DNA from: an uncultured Chloroflexia bacterium | Lineage (GTDB): Bacteria > Chloroflexota > UBA6077 > JACCZL01 | Assembly (NCBI GenBank): GCA_963765765.1 | Contig: CAVXYC010000014.1 | Span: forward strand, 160,001 to 224,000 | Direction: 5' to 3' | DNA length: 64,000 nt | Shown: piece after piece, positions 31,908 through 41,982 of the stretch | How positions within the stretch are numbered: position 1 is the stretch's first letter | How the letters are laid out: each line of letters starts with the position of its first letter | Notes under the pieces: generated by a model | Databases searched by the model: none | What the model was told of the DNA's origin: nothing | The model's input: the letters and a program-made list of their open reading frames with translations, nothing else | Position numbers and translations under genes: made by a program

Positions 31908-33287
31908 TCAACGTTCCTGCCCCCTAACCCCTAATTCCTGACCCTTAGCGGGGCATCCCTCACAGGCGTGCTCTCGGCACGTCGTGCGAAAGATGTGCAG
32001 GAGACCTTGCTGGCGGCAAGCGGTGTTGGCCAACCGGAGTCCATCCGCGCCCGCTATCTGCTGAGCCATACCTCGTACGAGACCGTTGGAGGCGATCCGA
32101 GGAAACGTTCGGTACGCTTCGAGACTTGCGTCCTCCAGTGCGCGGTTTTCCCAGAACCGACCAAGTGCGTAGAGCAACGGCAAGGCCGCGTTAATAGCGA
32201 TCTCGGCGGCGCGGTCCCGACCGATGAGGCCGGACACCGGCGGAACAAGACTATGCTCCAGATCCAACAGGCTAGCCCATTCGCGTCCAGGGATGCTGAG
32301 CTCGAAATAGCGGACGAGCGCACGCCCCGGGTGCGAATCCTCCAGGACAATTCGAGCGAGCTCAGTCAACGGCGCGGACCGATTGAACGCCACGGCCAAC
32401 ACCGCCAGCGCTCCGAGCCTGCGGACTGGATGATTGCCCGGCCGAACGCGACGCGTCTCCCAGGCTGGCCCATCATCTACAGCTCGCCATCCGAAAGCTT
32501 GCGCTCGATCCCAGGCACGCTCTACCGCTTCCGCGAAGAGCCCATGCGGCGCGATGTTCCGTTGACTTGGAAGAAGGCCGGCTGCGCCGAGCAGCGCCCC
32601 GAAGACGGCGACCTCAGGCTCCGCTGGCTTGTCAACCTCTAGCAATGAACAAATGTCGTTGAAAGGCATCCGCTCCGCCAGATGTGTCATCGCGTCCGCA
32701 TTGCGCGTGTATCCGAGCGCGCGAGCAACGCCGCGCCAGAGCAGCTCCGACGGCAGTATGACGGAGAGATCGCCTTCCAGCCGATCTGCTCGCGCGCTGA
32801 ACCGCTGAATTCCGGCGCGCTCGAGCATCACGACGATCGCCGCGGGATCAGTCTGGCAGGGTGTGACCGCGAGCGCATGATCGCACTCGAATTCGATCTG
32901 CAGCGTCTCAATGGGCCGGGCGAGGTGAGGTCCCAGCAACAGTGTCGGTACGCGATCACCCAGCACGTTCAGCGTGGGCCCGCTGCTATCCGCGTTCAAG
33001 ACCACGTGCAGCACAACCTGACGATAGGCCGGATCCCCCTGATGACCGTGCTGCTTCCAGTCCTTCGGGCTGACGTGAATCTCCACGTCACCGCGCTCGA
33101 TCCGTCCATCGGGCCAGGCGATCAACGCGCCCTGAAAATCGGGCTGCCCCTCGCCCCAGGATCGTCCCGGAAAGATCACCTGAACAGCGCGACCGTCAGT
33201 ACACACAAGCGGCCCGCGCAAGAGCTGTCGCTGCCAGATCCAGGCGACGAATCGCTCGCTCAGCCGTGGCGCCACTACCGCTGCCAT
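31908..33287 (-). CDS. DUF2851 family protein
   Basis: E....IW, PDF..A, GDVEIH....W..HGH..DP.Y..VVLHVV, LGY..N, VRPGNHPVRRL, INA.LP, QQGL, C...C..C. Confidence 0.85.
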   Translation of the reverse strand: MAAVVAPRLSERFVAWIWQRQLLRGPLVCTDGRAVQVIFPGRSWGEGQPDFQGALIAWPDGRIERGDVEIHVSPKDWKQHGHQGDPAYRQVVLHVVLNADSSGPTLNVLGDRVPTLLLGPHLARPIETLQIEFECDHALAVTPCQTDPAAIVVMLERAGIQRFSARADRLEGDLSVILPSELLWRGVARALGYTRNADAMTHLAERMPFNDICSLLEVDKPAEPEVAVFGALLGAAGLLPSQRNIAPHGLFAEAVERAWDRAQAFGWRAVDDGPAWETRRVRPGNHPVRRLGALAVLAVAFNRSAPLTELARIVLEDSHPGRALVRYFELSIPGREWASLLDLEHSLVPPVSGLIGRDRAAEIAINAALPLLYALGRFWENRALEDASLEAYRTFPRIASNGLVRGMAQQIAGADGLRLANTACRQQGLLHIFRTTCREHACEGCPAKGQELGVRGQER

Positions 33288-33329
33288 ACGGCCAAGTGTA
33301 CGGCAGACCCAGACGTCAGAAGAGGGTGC

Positions 33330-33430
33330 GAATGACGAATGTAGAATGAAGAATTGTCGGCGGGCAACCGGTCCGCTTCTTCATCCTTAATTCTGCATTC
33401 GTCATTCAGCGCCCCTAACCCCTAACCCTA
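33330..33430. repeat. Heptamer-built palindrome (GAATGAC/GAATGTA/GAATGAA) plus CCCCTAA repeats
   Basis: GAATGACGAATGTAGAATGAAGAA ... TTCTTCATCCTTAATTCTGCATTCGTCATTC, then CCCCTAACCCCTAACCCTA. Confidence 0.6.
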
Positions 33431-33449
33431 AATAGATACAATGGCGGCA

Positions 33450-34541
33450 ATGCAGAATTCCGACGATTCCGCCAGCCGGCTGGCCGAGCTTCGAGAGCGA
33501 ATCGACAAGATCGACGCACAGCTCGTCGCACTTCTGAATGATCGCGCGCGGGTCTCGCTTGAGGTCGGCCTGGTCAAGGGGCCGGACGCCCCGATCTTCG
33601 TTCCCGAACGGGAAGCTGAGCTTCTGGAGCACCTGAATGACAGCAACAGCGGACCGCTGAATGCCGAAGACCTGAGCAGCATCTATCGAGAGATCATCTC
33701 GTCATCACGTCGTCTCCAGCGTCCACTGAGCATTGCCTATTTCGGCCCAGCGGCCACCTTTACCCATCAGGCCGCGCTCCAGCGCTTCGGCCAGGCTAAT
33801 GAGTTCCTGCCGATGCCAACGATCGCCGACGTCTTTGGCGAGGTCGAACGGAGAGGGGCTGACTACGGAGTCGTTCCTATTGAGAATACGACCGAGGGAT
33901 CCGTTTACGAGACGCTCGATCTCCTGGCCTCCAAGGATCTCCGCGTGTGCGCCGAGATCACACTGCAGATCGCACAGAACCTGTTGGCCCGATGCACGCT
34001 AGACCAGATCACTACCGTCTACTCACATCGTCAGGGCATCGCTCAAACGCGGAACTGGCTGGCGGCGCACTTGCCGGGCCGAGATATTCGTGAGTCTCCC
34101 AGTACCGCGGCCGGCGCCGAAATGGCTTCCCGAGAGCCGCACACGGCCGCCATCGCGCCACGCCTGGCAGCCGAGGTCTACGGGCTCAATGTTATTGCCG
34201 AAAGCATCCAGGACCTGAGCAGCAACTACACGCGCTTCTTCGTCATTGGAGAGTCCGCGAGTGATCGGCCCACCGGACGAGACAAGACACTATTGCTCCT
34301 GAGCATTCGCGACCGTGTGGGGGCCCTTCGCGACATCGTTAACGAATTTGCCGACGCGGGTATCAACCTCAGCGCCATCCAGTCACGCCCATCGCGCCGG
34401 CGCGCCTGGGACTACCTGTTTTTCGTTGAGCTGCAGGGGCACATCGAAGAGCAGCGCGTGCGTGAGGCCGTCAAGCGGATCGAGCATCACTGCGTATCGT
34501 TAACTATTCTGGGCGCCTGGCCGGACGAACGAGTAGGCTGA
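33450..34541 (+). CDS. pheA: Chorismate mutase/prephenate dehydratase (P-protein)
   Basis: LRERIDKID..L..LLNDR, YFGPAATFTH, VPIENTTEGSV, NYTRF, C-terminal ACT domain (IQSRPS); alternative start 33441. Confidence 0.94.
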   Translation: MQNSDDSASRLAELRERIDKIDAQLVALLNDRARVSLEVGLVKGPDAPIFVPEREAELLEHLNDSNSGPLNAEDLSSIYREIISSSRRLQRPLSIAYFGPAATFTHQAALQRFGQANEFLPMPTIADVFGEVERRGADYGVVPIENTTEGSVYETLDLLASKDLRVCAEITLQIAQNLLARCTLDQITTVYSHRQGIAQTRNWLAAHLPGRDIRESPSTAAGAEMASREPHTAAIAPRLAAEVYGLNVIAESIQDLSSNYTRFFVIGESASDRPTGRDKTLLLLSIRDRVGALRDIVNEFADAGINLSAIQSRPSRRRAWDYLFFVELQGHIEEQRVREAVKRIEHHCVSLTILGAWPDERVG

Positions 34542-34689
34542 CCCAAGAGACGCAGCTCGAGATCGTGCCTTATGAATAGCGATGTCGTGCGGGTGCGCAT
34601 GTCACACTCTCAATACAGCGTTCGCTTGAAGACAAAGATCGTTGTATCGATAGGCATATACTTGGGCGCCAATTTCGAGGAGGAAACGC

Positions 34690-36213
34690 ATGCAGGTCCG
34701 TGTGGAGCCAATCACCGTGACGGAAATTGCGACGCCACTACTGGTCGTGAATCTGTTCGATGGAGTCGAGCTCCCGGGCGGTGCAACAGGCGCGGTAGAT
34801 CGGGCTATGGGCGGCTTGATCGGCCGTCTTGCCGCGAGGCGAGAAATCAACACCGATTTGGGCCAGGTCACCATCATCTACAACATGGGTCAGTTCAGCG
34901 GTCTCGCGGCGGAGCGAGTCGCCGTGGTTGGCCTGGGCAAGCAAGCTGACTTCGATCTCGAAGCGGCGCGAGTCGCAAGCGCGGCGGCCGCCCGAAAGGC
35001 GCGCGACCTCAAGATCGAGCGCTACGCCACCATTATCCATGGCGCTGGAATCGGTGGGCTGGACCCGGCTGACGCCACCCAGGCGGTCGTCGAAGCCTCG
35101 CATCTCGCCCTGTTTACCTTGACAGACTTCAAGAGTCCGCCTGAGAAACCAGTCACCGAAGTGCTCGAGCTAACGATCGTTGAGCGTGATCCCGAGCGCG
35201 TCGAGTGCATGCGTGGCCCGGCCGAGGTGGGCACGGCGTGCGCTGAGGCCACGATGATCACGCGCCGGCTCTCGAGCAGTCCGAGCAATGTCTGCACCCC
35301 TGAGTATCTGGCCAACCGGGCGCGTGAGGTGTGCGACCAGCATGGCCACGAGATCAGCATTTACGGCAAGGAAGAGCTGGAGCGCATGGGCTTTGGCGGC
35401 GTCCTGGCCGTGAATCAGGGGAGCGTCCTACCGCCCCGCTTCGTCGTCATGCACTACTCCAGCCCGCGCGCCACGAAGACGTTGGCCGTGGTCGGCAAGG
35501 GCATCACCTTCGACACGGGCGGCATCTCGATCAAACCTGCCGAGGGGATGGAGTGGATGCGCCACGACATGTCTGGCGCCGCCGCAACGATCGGCTTTAT
35601 GGATTTGATGGGCCGCCTGAAGCCGGACGTGAACGTCATCGGGCTGTTTGCCGCCACGGATAACATGCCTAGCGGAGCCGCCTACAAGCCAGGCGACGTC
35701 ATCAAGGCGTACAACGGCAAGATGATGGACATTCTCAACACCGACGCCGAAGGTCGGGTCACGCTGGCCGACGTGCTGGCCTATGCCGTGGAGCAGAAAC
35801 CCGACGCCATTGTGGACATGGCGACGCTCACCGGGGCATGCGTGGTTGCGTTGGGCTACTTCGCCAGTGGCGTGTTCGGCAACGATGACGCGCTCATTGA
35901 GCAGATGCGCCGAGCCGGCGATAAGTCAGGCGAGCGGGTCTGGCCACTGCCGCTTTGGCCTGTCTACCACAAGCAGATAGAGAGTCCACTCGGCGACATC
36001 AAGAACACTGGTGGACGTCCGGCTGGCTCCATCACTGCCGCCGCGTTTCTTCAGAATTTCGTCGGCGACGTTCCGTGGCTGCATCTCGACATTGCCGGTA
36101 CCGCGTACTCCACCGGCGATAAGAGCTGGATTCCGCCCTACCAGAACAAAAGTGAGTCCACGGGTGTGGGTGTGCGTTTGCTCTATCACTTCCTGCAGAT
36201 CTGGAATAACTGA
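34690..36213 (+). CDS. pepA: Leucyl aminopeptidase (M17)
   Basis: VGKGITFDTGGISIKP, DMSGAA, NTDAEGRVTLAD, ATLTGA, WLHLDIAG. Confidence 0.95.
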   Translation: MQVRVEPITVTEIATPLLVVNLFDGVELPGGATGAVDRAMGGLIGRLAARREINTDLGQVTIIYNMGQFSGLAAERVAVVGLGKQADFDLEAARVASAAAARKARDLKIERYATIIHGAGIGGLDPADATQAVVEASHLALFTLTDFKSPPEKPVTEVLELTIVERDPERVECMRGPAEVGTACAEATMITRRLSSSPSNVCTPEYLANRAREVCDQHGHEISIYGKEELERMGFGGVLAVNQGSVLPPRFVVMHYSSPRATKTLAVVGKGITFDTGGISIKPAEGMEWMRHDMSGAAATIGFMDLMGRLKPDVNVIGLFAATDNMPSGAAYKPGDVIKAYNGKMMDILNTDAEGRVTLADVLAYAVEQKPDAIVDMATLTGACVVALGYFASGVFGNDDALIEQMRRAGDKSGERVWPLPLWPVYHKQIESPLGDIKNTGGRPAGSITAAAFLQNFVGDVPWLHLDIAGTAYSTGDKSWIPPYQNKSESTGVGVRLLYHFLQIWNN

Positions 36214-36372
36214 TTCGGGAATCAGCCACAAGCAGCTTCGAAGGGGCGGGGTTAGCTTGCTCGATCCGAGCACCCAATCGATGATTCGGAAATTGGATCG
36301 GGCGAGCCAGCGCCGCCACTTTTGCATACACCAGCCAAGCACGTCCCCACTCGATCGTTCATCCCGAGCCGC

Positions 36373-39300
36373 ATGCGTTTAAAGCCCACGTGGCGCCTCA
36401 CGGGCATCCGTTGGTCGATTGCAACCGCATTGTTCGCCGCGATGGCGATGCTGCTGTTTGTCCGTCAGCTTGGGCCCGATCGGGTCCTTCTCCCGGCAGA
36501 CGCCCTGTTCACGTTCCCGCCGTACGAGGCGGCTGCTTCGCAGCTCGGGGTGGTCTACCCTGAGAATCCGCTGGTGGCGGATACGATTCTCCAGAACTTC
36601 GGCTGGAAGCAGTTTGCCGCAAGCCAATGGCACGCTGGACAACCGCCGCTCTGGAATCCCTTCATTCTGAGCGGGCAGCCGTTCTTGGCTGCCGGACAGA
36701 ACGCCTCGCTCTACCCGCCTGGTGCGCTCTTTCACCTGCTGCCACTGCCTGATGCGTACGCGGCGTTTGCCATTGTGCACTTCACGCTCGCGGGCGTCTT
36801 CATGGCGATGTTTCTATCCGCCCTGGGCGCTGGCTGGCTCGGCCGCGTCACTGGCGGGCTGATCTTCGAGTTCTGTGGATTCTTGGTGGTGAGCGTGGTC
36901 TGGCCCATGATGGTCAGCACCGCGATCTGGCTACCACTGCTGCTCTGCGTGATCGAGCGCATTGTCTCGAGTCTGGGCCACTGGCGGCTCATCGTGCGTT
37001 GGACGGCCCTGGGCATCGCGGCTGTGGCGCTCCAGTTTCTGGCCGGGCATCTGGAAATCAGCTTTTACATTCTGGCGACCTGCGGGCTTTATGCGGCGCT
37101 TCGCCTGGCACCATCGCTGCTTCGTCGACCAATTCCGACGCTTGGGGCAGGAACAGCGCTTCTGGGCATGATCGGCGCCGGCACGCTGATCGCCGCGGTG
37201 CAGATCGTCCCATTCGTGGATGCGATCGGTCAGAACGTGCGTGTGGGCCAGGTCACGTTTGCAGACGTTCAAGGGTATGCCTTCGATCGCGGGCAATGGT
37301 GGACGTTTGCACTGCCCGACTTCTTTGGGAACCCGACACACCGAACGTATCTCGACGCCCGCGACGGAGCGATTCACACAGCGGAGCACCTCCGTCCACG
37401 ATCAGGCGGTGACGAATTCCGACGCGACACGGAATGGGGCAAGCGCAACTACGTAGAGGGCACCAGCTATCTGGGCATCAGCGCGCTCATTCTGGCGCTC
37501 ATCGGCGGAATGACCCGCCCGCGCCGAAGCTGGCCGCTTGTCGTCATCGCGGTCGCCTCGCTTTGTTTCGCGTTCGGAACGCCGCTCTACGCGCTGGTGT
37601 TCTACGGATTGCCCGGAGGCAACCAGGTTCATACGCCGTTCCGCTGGGTATATCCCTGGACCGTGTGTCTTGCCGCACTGGCCGGATTGGGGGGCGACGC
37701 GCTCACACGGCAGATCACGTCTGGGCGGCAGCGGCGTGCTGTCACCGTAGCAGCTATCGGGACCATTGCCTGCGGCTGCATGCTGGCCTTGAGCGCGATC
37801 TGGCTATGGCGCGCCGCGCAGACGCGTGCGCCCGCGCTTGATTCAATCGTTGCCCGCTGGTCCGAGATCCGAGACGGCTTCAGCGACGGCGCGACGTTCG
37901 CCGCCTACATCGCACCACAGTCACTTGCCACGGCCGTGTTGCTGGTACTTACCGGCATTCTGGTGCTCTCGGCGCTGCGTCGCCCCGCCCGATTCACCGT
38001 AGCCTTGCTCGCCACGCTACTAGCAGTCGATCTCTGGACCTTCGGTGTGGGATTCAACCCGGCCGGCCCCCGTTCGCTACTGACATACGAGCCGCCGGCG
38101 CTCGCCTTTCTGCGCGCGCAGCCAGGACCTTTCCGAATCGCCGCGCTCGGTCCCGCGGATGTGCTTCCGGCAAATCTGGCGATGCGAGCGGGTCTGGAAG
38201 ACGTACGCGGCTACGACACGATCATCAAGCGAGATTATGTCGACTATCTGAATCTCATCGAGCGGCCGGGCGCGCTGCTCTACAGCAAGATCGAGAAGCT
38301 GTTTGACGAACGCTCGCTCACTTCGCCTCTCTTCCATGCCCTGAACGTTGGCTACGTCCTGACGGAGCGATCGATCAACTTTCCGGGGTATGAGCTCGCC
38401 TTTTCGGATGGTATCCAGGTCTATCGCAATACCCGAGCGCTGCCCCGGGCGTTCATGGTCGGCGAAGCTCGCTTCGCGGGATCGGCGGAGGAGGCGCTGG
38501 AGATACTGAAGCGGATCGATCCGAGCCGCACGGTAGTGATTGAGGCCAATGGGTCATACCAATCGGCGGCGCAGTCCGAGCCATCTTCGGCAGAAGCGCG
38601 AATCGATATCACACGCGCCGAGGCGCAGCAGATCACGCTGCGTGCGTCATCGACCTCGGGCGGCTACCTCGTCGTCATGGACGCATTCGATCCTGGCTGG
38701 ACCGCCCAATTGGACGGGCAGGACACCCCTCTGCTGCGGGCCAATCGCGCGTTCCGGGCAATTGCCGTCCCCGCCGGCGAGCATGAGATTCGTATGCTTT
38801 ATCGGCCGCTGAGCTTCCGCGTGGGGATGCTGCTCAGCGGGATCGGCGGGCTCATTCTAGGTTCGATTGCGCTGGCCGGATTCTGGCCAGCACGTCGGGC
38901 TGTAGCCGTGGAGCGGTCGCCGCTGGGCGTCATAGTCCGCAACGTCAGCGCGCCGTTCGTGGCGAATCTGCTGAGCCGCGTCCTGGATCTAGGTCTGGCC
39001 CTGGTCATGTTCCGATTCCTTGGTCCAGCTGGTGTGGGGGCCTACACCTTCGCGATTGTTCTGACGGGGTACCTGGACATTCTGGCGGGGTTCGGCTTAG
39101 GCACACTGGTCACGCGTGACGCCGCTCGCGATCCGAGTCGCCTGGCCACCTATTTCGGAAACAGCCTTATCGCCAGGATGGGCTTCTGGCTCATCGCGGC
39201 CCTCGTTGCCTTGACTATCGTTGGCCCATTTGGAAGTCAGTTTGAGATCAGTGCCGATCTGGCTCTGGCGGTGGCGCTGTTGGTGGCGGGACTCCTGCCG

Positions 39301-40344
39301 TCCGGCGATTCGGCCACGGTGAGCGCGCTGCTTCAAGCGCGCGAGCGATTCGACATTCCCGCCGCCGTGACCATCGTGTCTGCCGTACTCAAGATTCTCT
39401 TCGGCCTCGCGGCACTCCTTGCTGGCTGGGGATTCGTCGGTCTGGCGGCCGTGTCGATATTGACGAATGTCGTTAGCGCGACATTGCTCACGATCCTGGC
39501 AGCGCAAGCCATCGAGCTTCCGCGACCAAAAGTAGACGCCGCACTCACCTGGCTCATGATTGTCGCTGCCTACCCGCTGATGTTGAGCCAGGTGCTTAAT
39601 GCGCTCTTCTTCCGCATGGATGCGTTGCTCCTGAAGCCGCTGGCCGGTGATGAAGCTCTCGGCTGGTACAGCACGGCCTATCGTTTTATCGATGCCTTCC
39701 AGATCATTCCCAGCACCGTGATCCTGGCGCTGTTTCCGCTGCTGTCGCGTCAGGCCGGTCATCGCGATGCCATCGTGAGAAGCGCTACTCTCACCCTGCG
39801 CGCTCTGCTGAGTCTGGCCTTTCCCATAGCCGTCGGCTGCACATTGCTCGCGGAACCGATTATCCTCGCGTTCGCCGGCGCCAGCTACGTTCCTCAGTCG
39901 GTCATCGCACTACAGATCCTGATCTGGTATCTGCCGCTGAGCTTCATCAACGGCCTTGCTCAGTACATGCTCATCGCGCGAGGACGGCAACGCATACTGA
40001 CGCTAGCCTTCGCTATCGGAGTAGTGTTCAATGTCGCCGCGAATCTGGCACTGATCCCACGCCTGGGCTATCAGGCAGCTGCCTGGATTACCGTGGTGTC
40101 TGAGGTCGTGCTGCTGATCCCATTCTGGCTCACCATGCGAGGCGAGCGAGTTGCCCCGGCACTTCCGAGGATCGTCTGGCGTCCGATCGTCGCCGCCCTC
40201 GTGATGGGCGCGGCGATCCTGCCGCTCGCTGGCCTGAGCCCGCTCCTGGCAGCCGTCATTGGCGCCACTGTGTACGCCATTGCGCTGGTAACCCTGAGGG
40301 GCGTGACACCGGATGAGCTAAAAGCGGTGCGACGGGCGCTGTGA
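36373..40344 (+). CDS. YfhO-like GT-C membrane glycosyltransferase fused to a Wzx-type polysaccharide flippase
   Basis: PLWNPFILSGQPF, QFLAGH, RNTRALPRAF, PGWTA.LDG...RAN.AFRA....GEHEI...Y.P (YfhO); then GPAGVGAYTFA, FGLGTLVTRD, FRMDALLL, GWYSTAYR, NLALIP (flippase). Confidence 0.82.
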   Translation: MRLKPTWRLTGIRWSIATALFAAMAMLLFVRQLGPDRVLLPADALFTFPPYEAAASQLGVVYPENPLVADTILQNFGWKQFAASQWHAGQPPLWNPFILSGQPFLAAGQNASLYPPGALFHLLPLPDAYAAFAIVHFTLAGVFMAMFLSALGAGWLGRVTGGLIFEFCGFLVVSVVWPMMVSTAIWLPLLLCVIERIVSSLGHWRLIVRWTALGIAAVALQFLAGHLEISFYILATCGLYAALRLAPSLLRRPIPTLGAGTALLGMIGAGTLIAAVQIVPFVDAIGQNVRVGQVTFADVQGYAFDRGQWWTFALPDFFGNPTHRTYLDARDGAIHTAEHLRPRSGGDEFRRDTEWGKRNYVEGTSYLGISALILALIGGMTRPRRSWPLVVIAVASLCFAFGTPLYALVFYGLPGGNQVHTPFRWVYPWTVCLAALAGLGGDALTRQITSGRQRRAVTVAAIGTIACGCMLALSAIWLWRAAQTRAPALDSIVARWSEIRDGFSDGATFAAYIAPQSLATAVLLVLTGILVLSALRRPARFTVALLATLLAVDLWTFGVGFNPAGPRSLLTYEPPALAFLRAQPGPFRIAALGPADVLPANLAMRAGLEDVRGYDTIIKRDYVDYLNLIERPGALLYSKIEKLFDERSLTSPLFHALNVGYVLTERSINFPGYELAFSDGIQVYRNTRALPRAFMVGEARFAGSAEEALEILKRIDPSRTVVIEANGSYQSAAQSEPSSAEARIDITRAEAQQITLRASSTSGGYLVVMDAFDPGWTAQLDGQDTPLLRANRAFRAIAVPAGEHEIRMLYRPLSFRVGMLLSGIGGLILGSIALAGFWPARRAVAVERSPLGVIVRNVSAPFVANLLSRVLDLGLALVMFRFLGPAGVGAYTFAIVLTGYLDILAGFGLGTLVTRDAARDPSRLATYFGNSLIARMGFWLIAALVALTIVGPFGSQFEISADLALAVALLVAGLLPSGDSATVSALLQARERFDIPAAVTIVSAVLKILFGLAALLAGWGFVGLAAVSILTNVVSATLLTILAAQAIELPRPKVDAALTWLMIVAAYPLMLSQVLNALFFRMDALLLKPLAGDEALGWYSTAYRFIDAFQIIPSTVILALFPLLSRQAGHRDAIVRSATLTLRALLSLAFPIAVGCTLLAEPIILAFAGASYVPQSVIALQILIWYLPLSFINGLAQYMLIARGRQRILTLAFAIGVVFNVAANLALIPRLGYQAAAWITVVSEVVLLIPFWLTMRGERVAPALPRIVWRPIVAALVMGAAILPLAGLSPLLAAVIGATVYAIALVTLRGVTPDELKAVRRAL

Positions 40345-40500
40345 TCGCCCCAGAGTCAGTCGTTCTTGCCAGGAGCCTTCGCGGGAGGAACCCTACCCAC
40401 GGGATGCGGCTCTGCCGCTCCTGACGCTTGCGTCACCCCGCTCCGTCCCACGTAACCTGAAGCTTGCTCGCTCGATCGCGAGCTATGCCTGGGAGGGCTC

Positions 40501-40887
40501 GTGCAGGTAACCGCTTCCGCCATCTCACTGAACGTCGCAAACGTCACCGCGTCGGCCGAATTCGCGACCCAACACTTCGCGTTTACGGAGACGATGTCTG
40601 CTGAAGGGTTCGTCTCTCTCGAACGTGCCGACGTTGGATTCAACCTGATCTTTCTACGTACGGGCCTCCAATCGTTCAAGCCCGTAAGCATGCGGGGCCA
40701 TTCGGCGGATGGTCTGCTGGTGGTCTTTGTCGTCGACGAGATCGATGCGGAGTACGAGCGCATCAAGAGTGAAGGTGTATCGGTCACCACACCGATCGAG
40801 ACGGAATCGTGGGGCGAACGCTACTTTCAGGTGACGGATCCCAACGGCGTGGTGTACCAGCTCGTTCAGTGGATGACTGGGACTTAG
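40501..40887 (+). CDS. VOC/glyoxalase family protein
   Basis: ISLNVANVTASAEF, FVVDEIDAEY, ESWGERYFQVTDPNG. Confidence 0.85.
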   Translation: MQVTASAISLNVANVTASAEFATQHFAFTETMSAEGFVSLERADVGFNLIFLRTGLQSFKPVSMRGHSADGLLVVFVVDEIDAEYERIKSEGVSVTTPIETESWGERYFQVTDPNGVVYQLVQWMTGT

Positions 40888-40965
40888 CCCAGAGGTGATT
40901 TGGACCGCGGCGTCTTGCCGCTTTACGGCTGAGCGAGCAGCTCGTCCGCCGGTGAAACGCAGCGC

Positions 40966-41499
40966 CTACTGAACGCTCGGTCGATCATGCTCGCCGACCT
41001 GAGCACCCAGGGTTTCGACGGCGTGGCCCAGGGCGGGAGCGATGACGTCCAGACATTCACGGACTGCCTTCGGGTTGCCGGGCAGATTCACGATGAGCGT
41101 TCGACCACGCACGCCCACCAGCGCTCTCGAGAGCATGGCTGCCGGAGTCTTCTGAAGACTGGCCGCCCGCATCGCTTCGGCCATGCCGGGTACTTCGAAG
41201 TCGATCACGGAAAGCGTCGCCTGGGGCGTGACGTCGCGTGGGGCGAGGCCCGTTCCGCCAGTCGTGAACACGGCGGCGAGATGCTGGTCATCCACCATGT
41301 CGCGGATTGCCGCGGCGATTTGATCTGCCTCGTCCGGGATCACAACCTGGACCTGGATACTCCCGCCCAGTGATTCAACCACCTCACGCAGGATTCGCCC
41401 ACCTTCATCCTCACGCTCGCCCCGTGATGACTTGTCACTCACGGTGATCAGTCCGGCCGAGAACGAGGCCTTCGATCCATGGCCGTGATGGTCAGTCAT
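40966..41499 (-). CDS. mog: Molybdopterin adenylyltransferase (Mog/MoaB)
   Basis: [41 protein letters not shown]. Confidence 0.9.
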   Translation of the reverse strand: MTDHHGHGSKASFSAGLITVSDKSSRGEREDEGGRILREVVESLGGSIQVQVVIPDEADQIAAAIRDMVDDQHLAAVFTTGGTGLAPRDVTPQATLSVIDFEVPGMAEAMRAASLQKTPAAMLSRALVGVRGRTLIVNLPGNPKAVRECLDVIAPALGHAVETLGAQVGEHDRPSVQ

Positions 41500-41982
41500 T
41501 GACGCTCTCCTCGCGCACGTAATGTCCGCTTTTCCCGCCAGTCTTCTCCATCAAGCGAACGCTGTCGATGATCATGTCCTTATCGACCGCTTTACACATG
41601 TCGTAAACGGTTAGCGCGGCGATACTTACGGCGGTGAGCGCTTCCATCTCGACCCCGGTCTTGCCGGTGACGCGCACGGTGGCGGAGATCTCCACTGCCG
41701 AGTCGTTTTCGTTGAGCTCGAAGGCAAGGTCGACGCCTGTGATCGGCAGCGGATGACATAGCGGAATCACCTCGGGCGTTCGCTTGGCGCCCATGACGCC
41801 GGCCACCTGGGCAATCCCAAGGACGTCGCCTTTGGCCATGCCACCATTACGCACCAGCTCAAGCGTCCGCGGGTCCATCAGTACGCGCCCACGCGCCGTG
41901 GCTACCCGCACGGTATCGTCTTGGCGCTCACATCCACCATCCGCGCGCGGCCCGATTCGTCGATGTGGGTGAAATCGCTCAT
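41492..41982 (-). CDS. moaC: Cyclic pyranopterin monophosphate synthase (frameshift near 41920)
   Basis: [21 protein letters not shown], then [42 protein letters not shown]. Confidence 0.93.
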
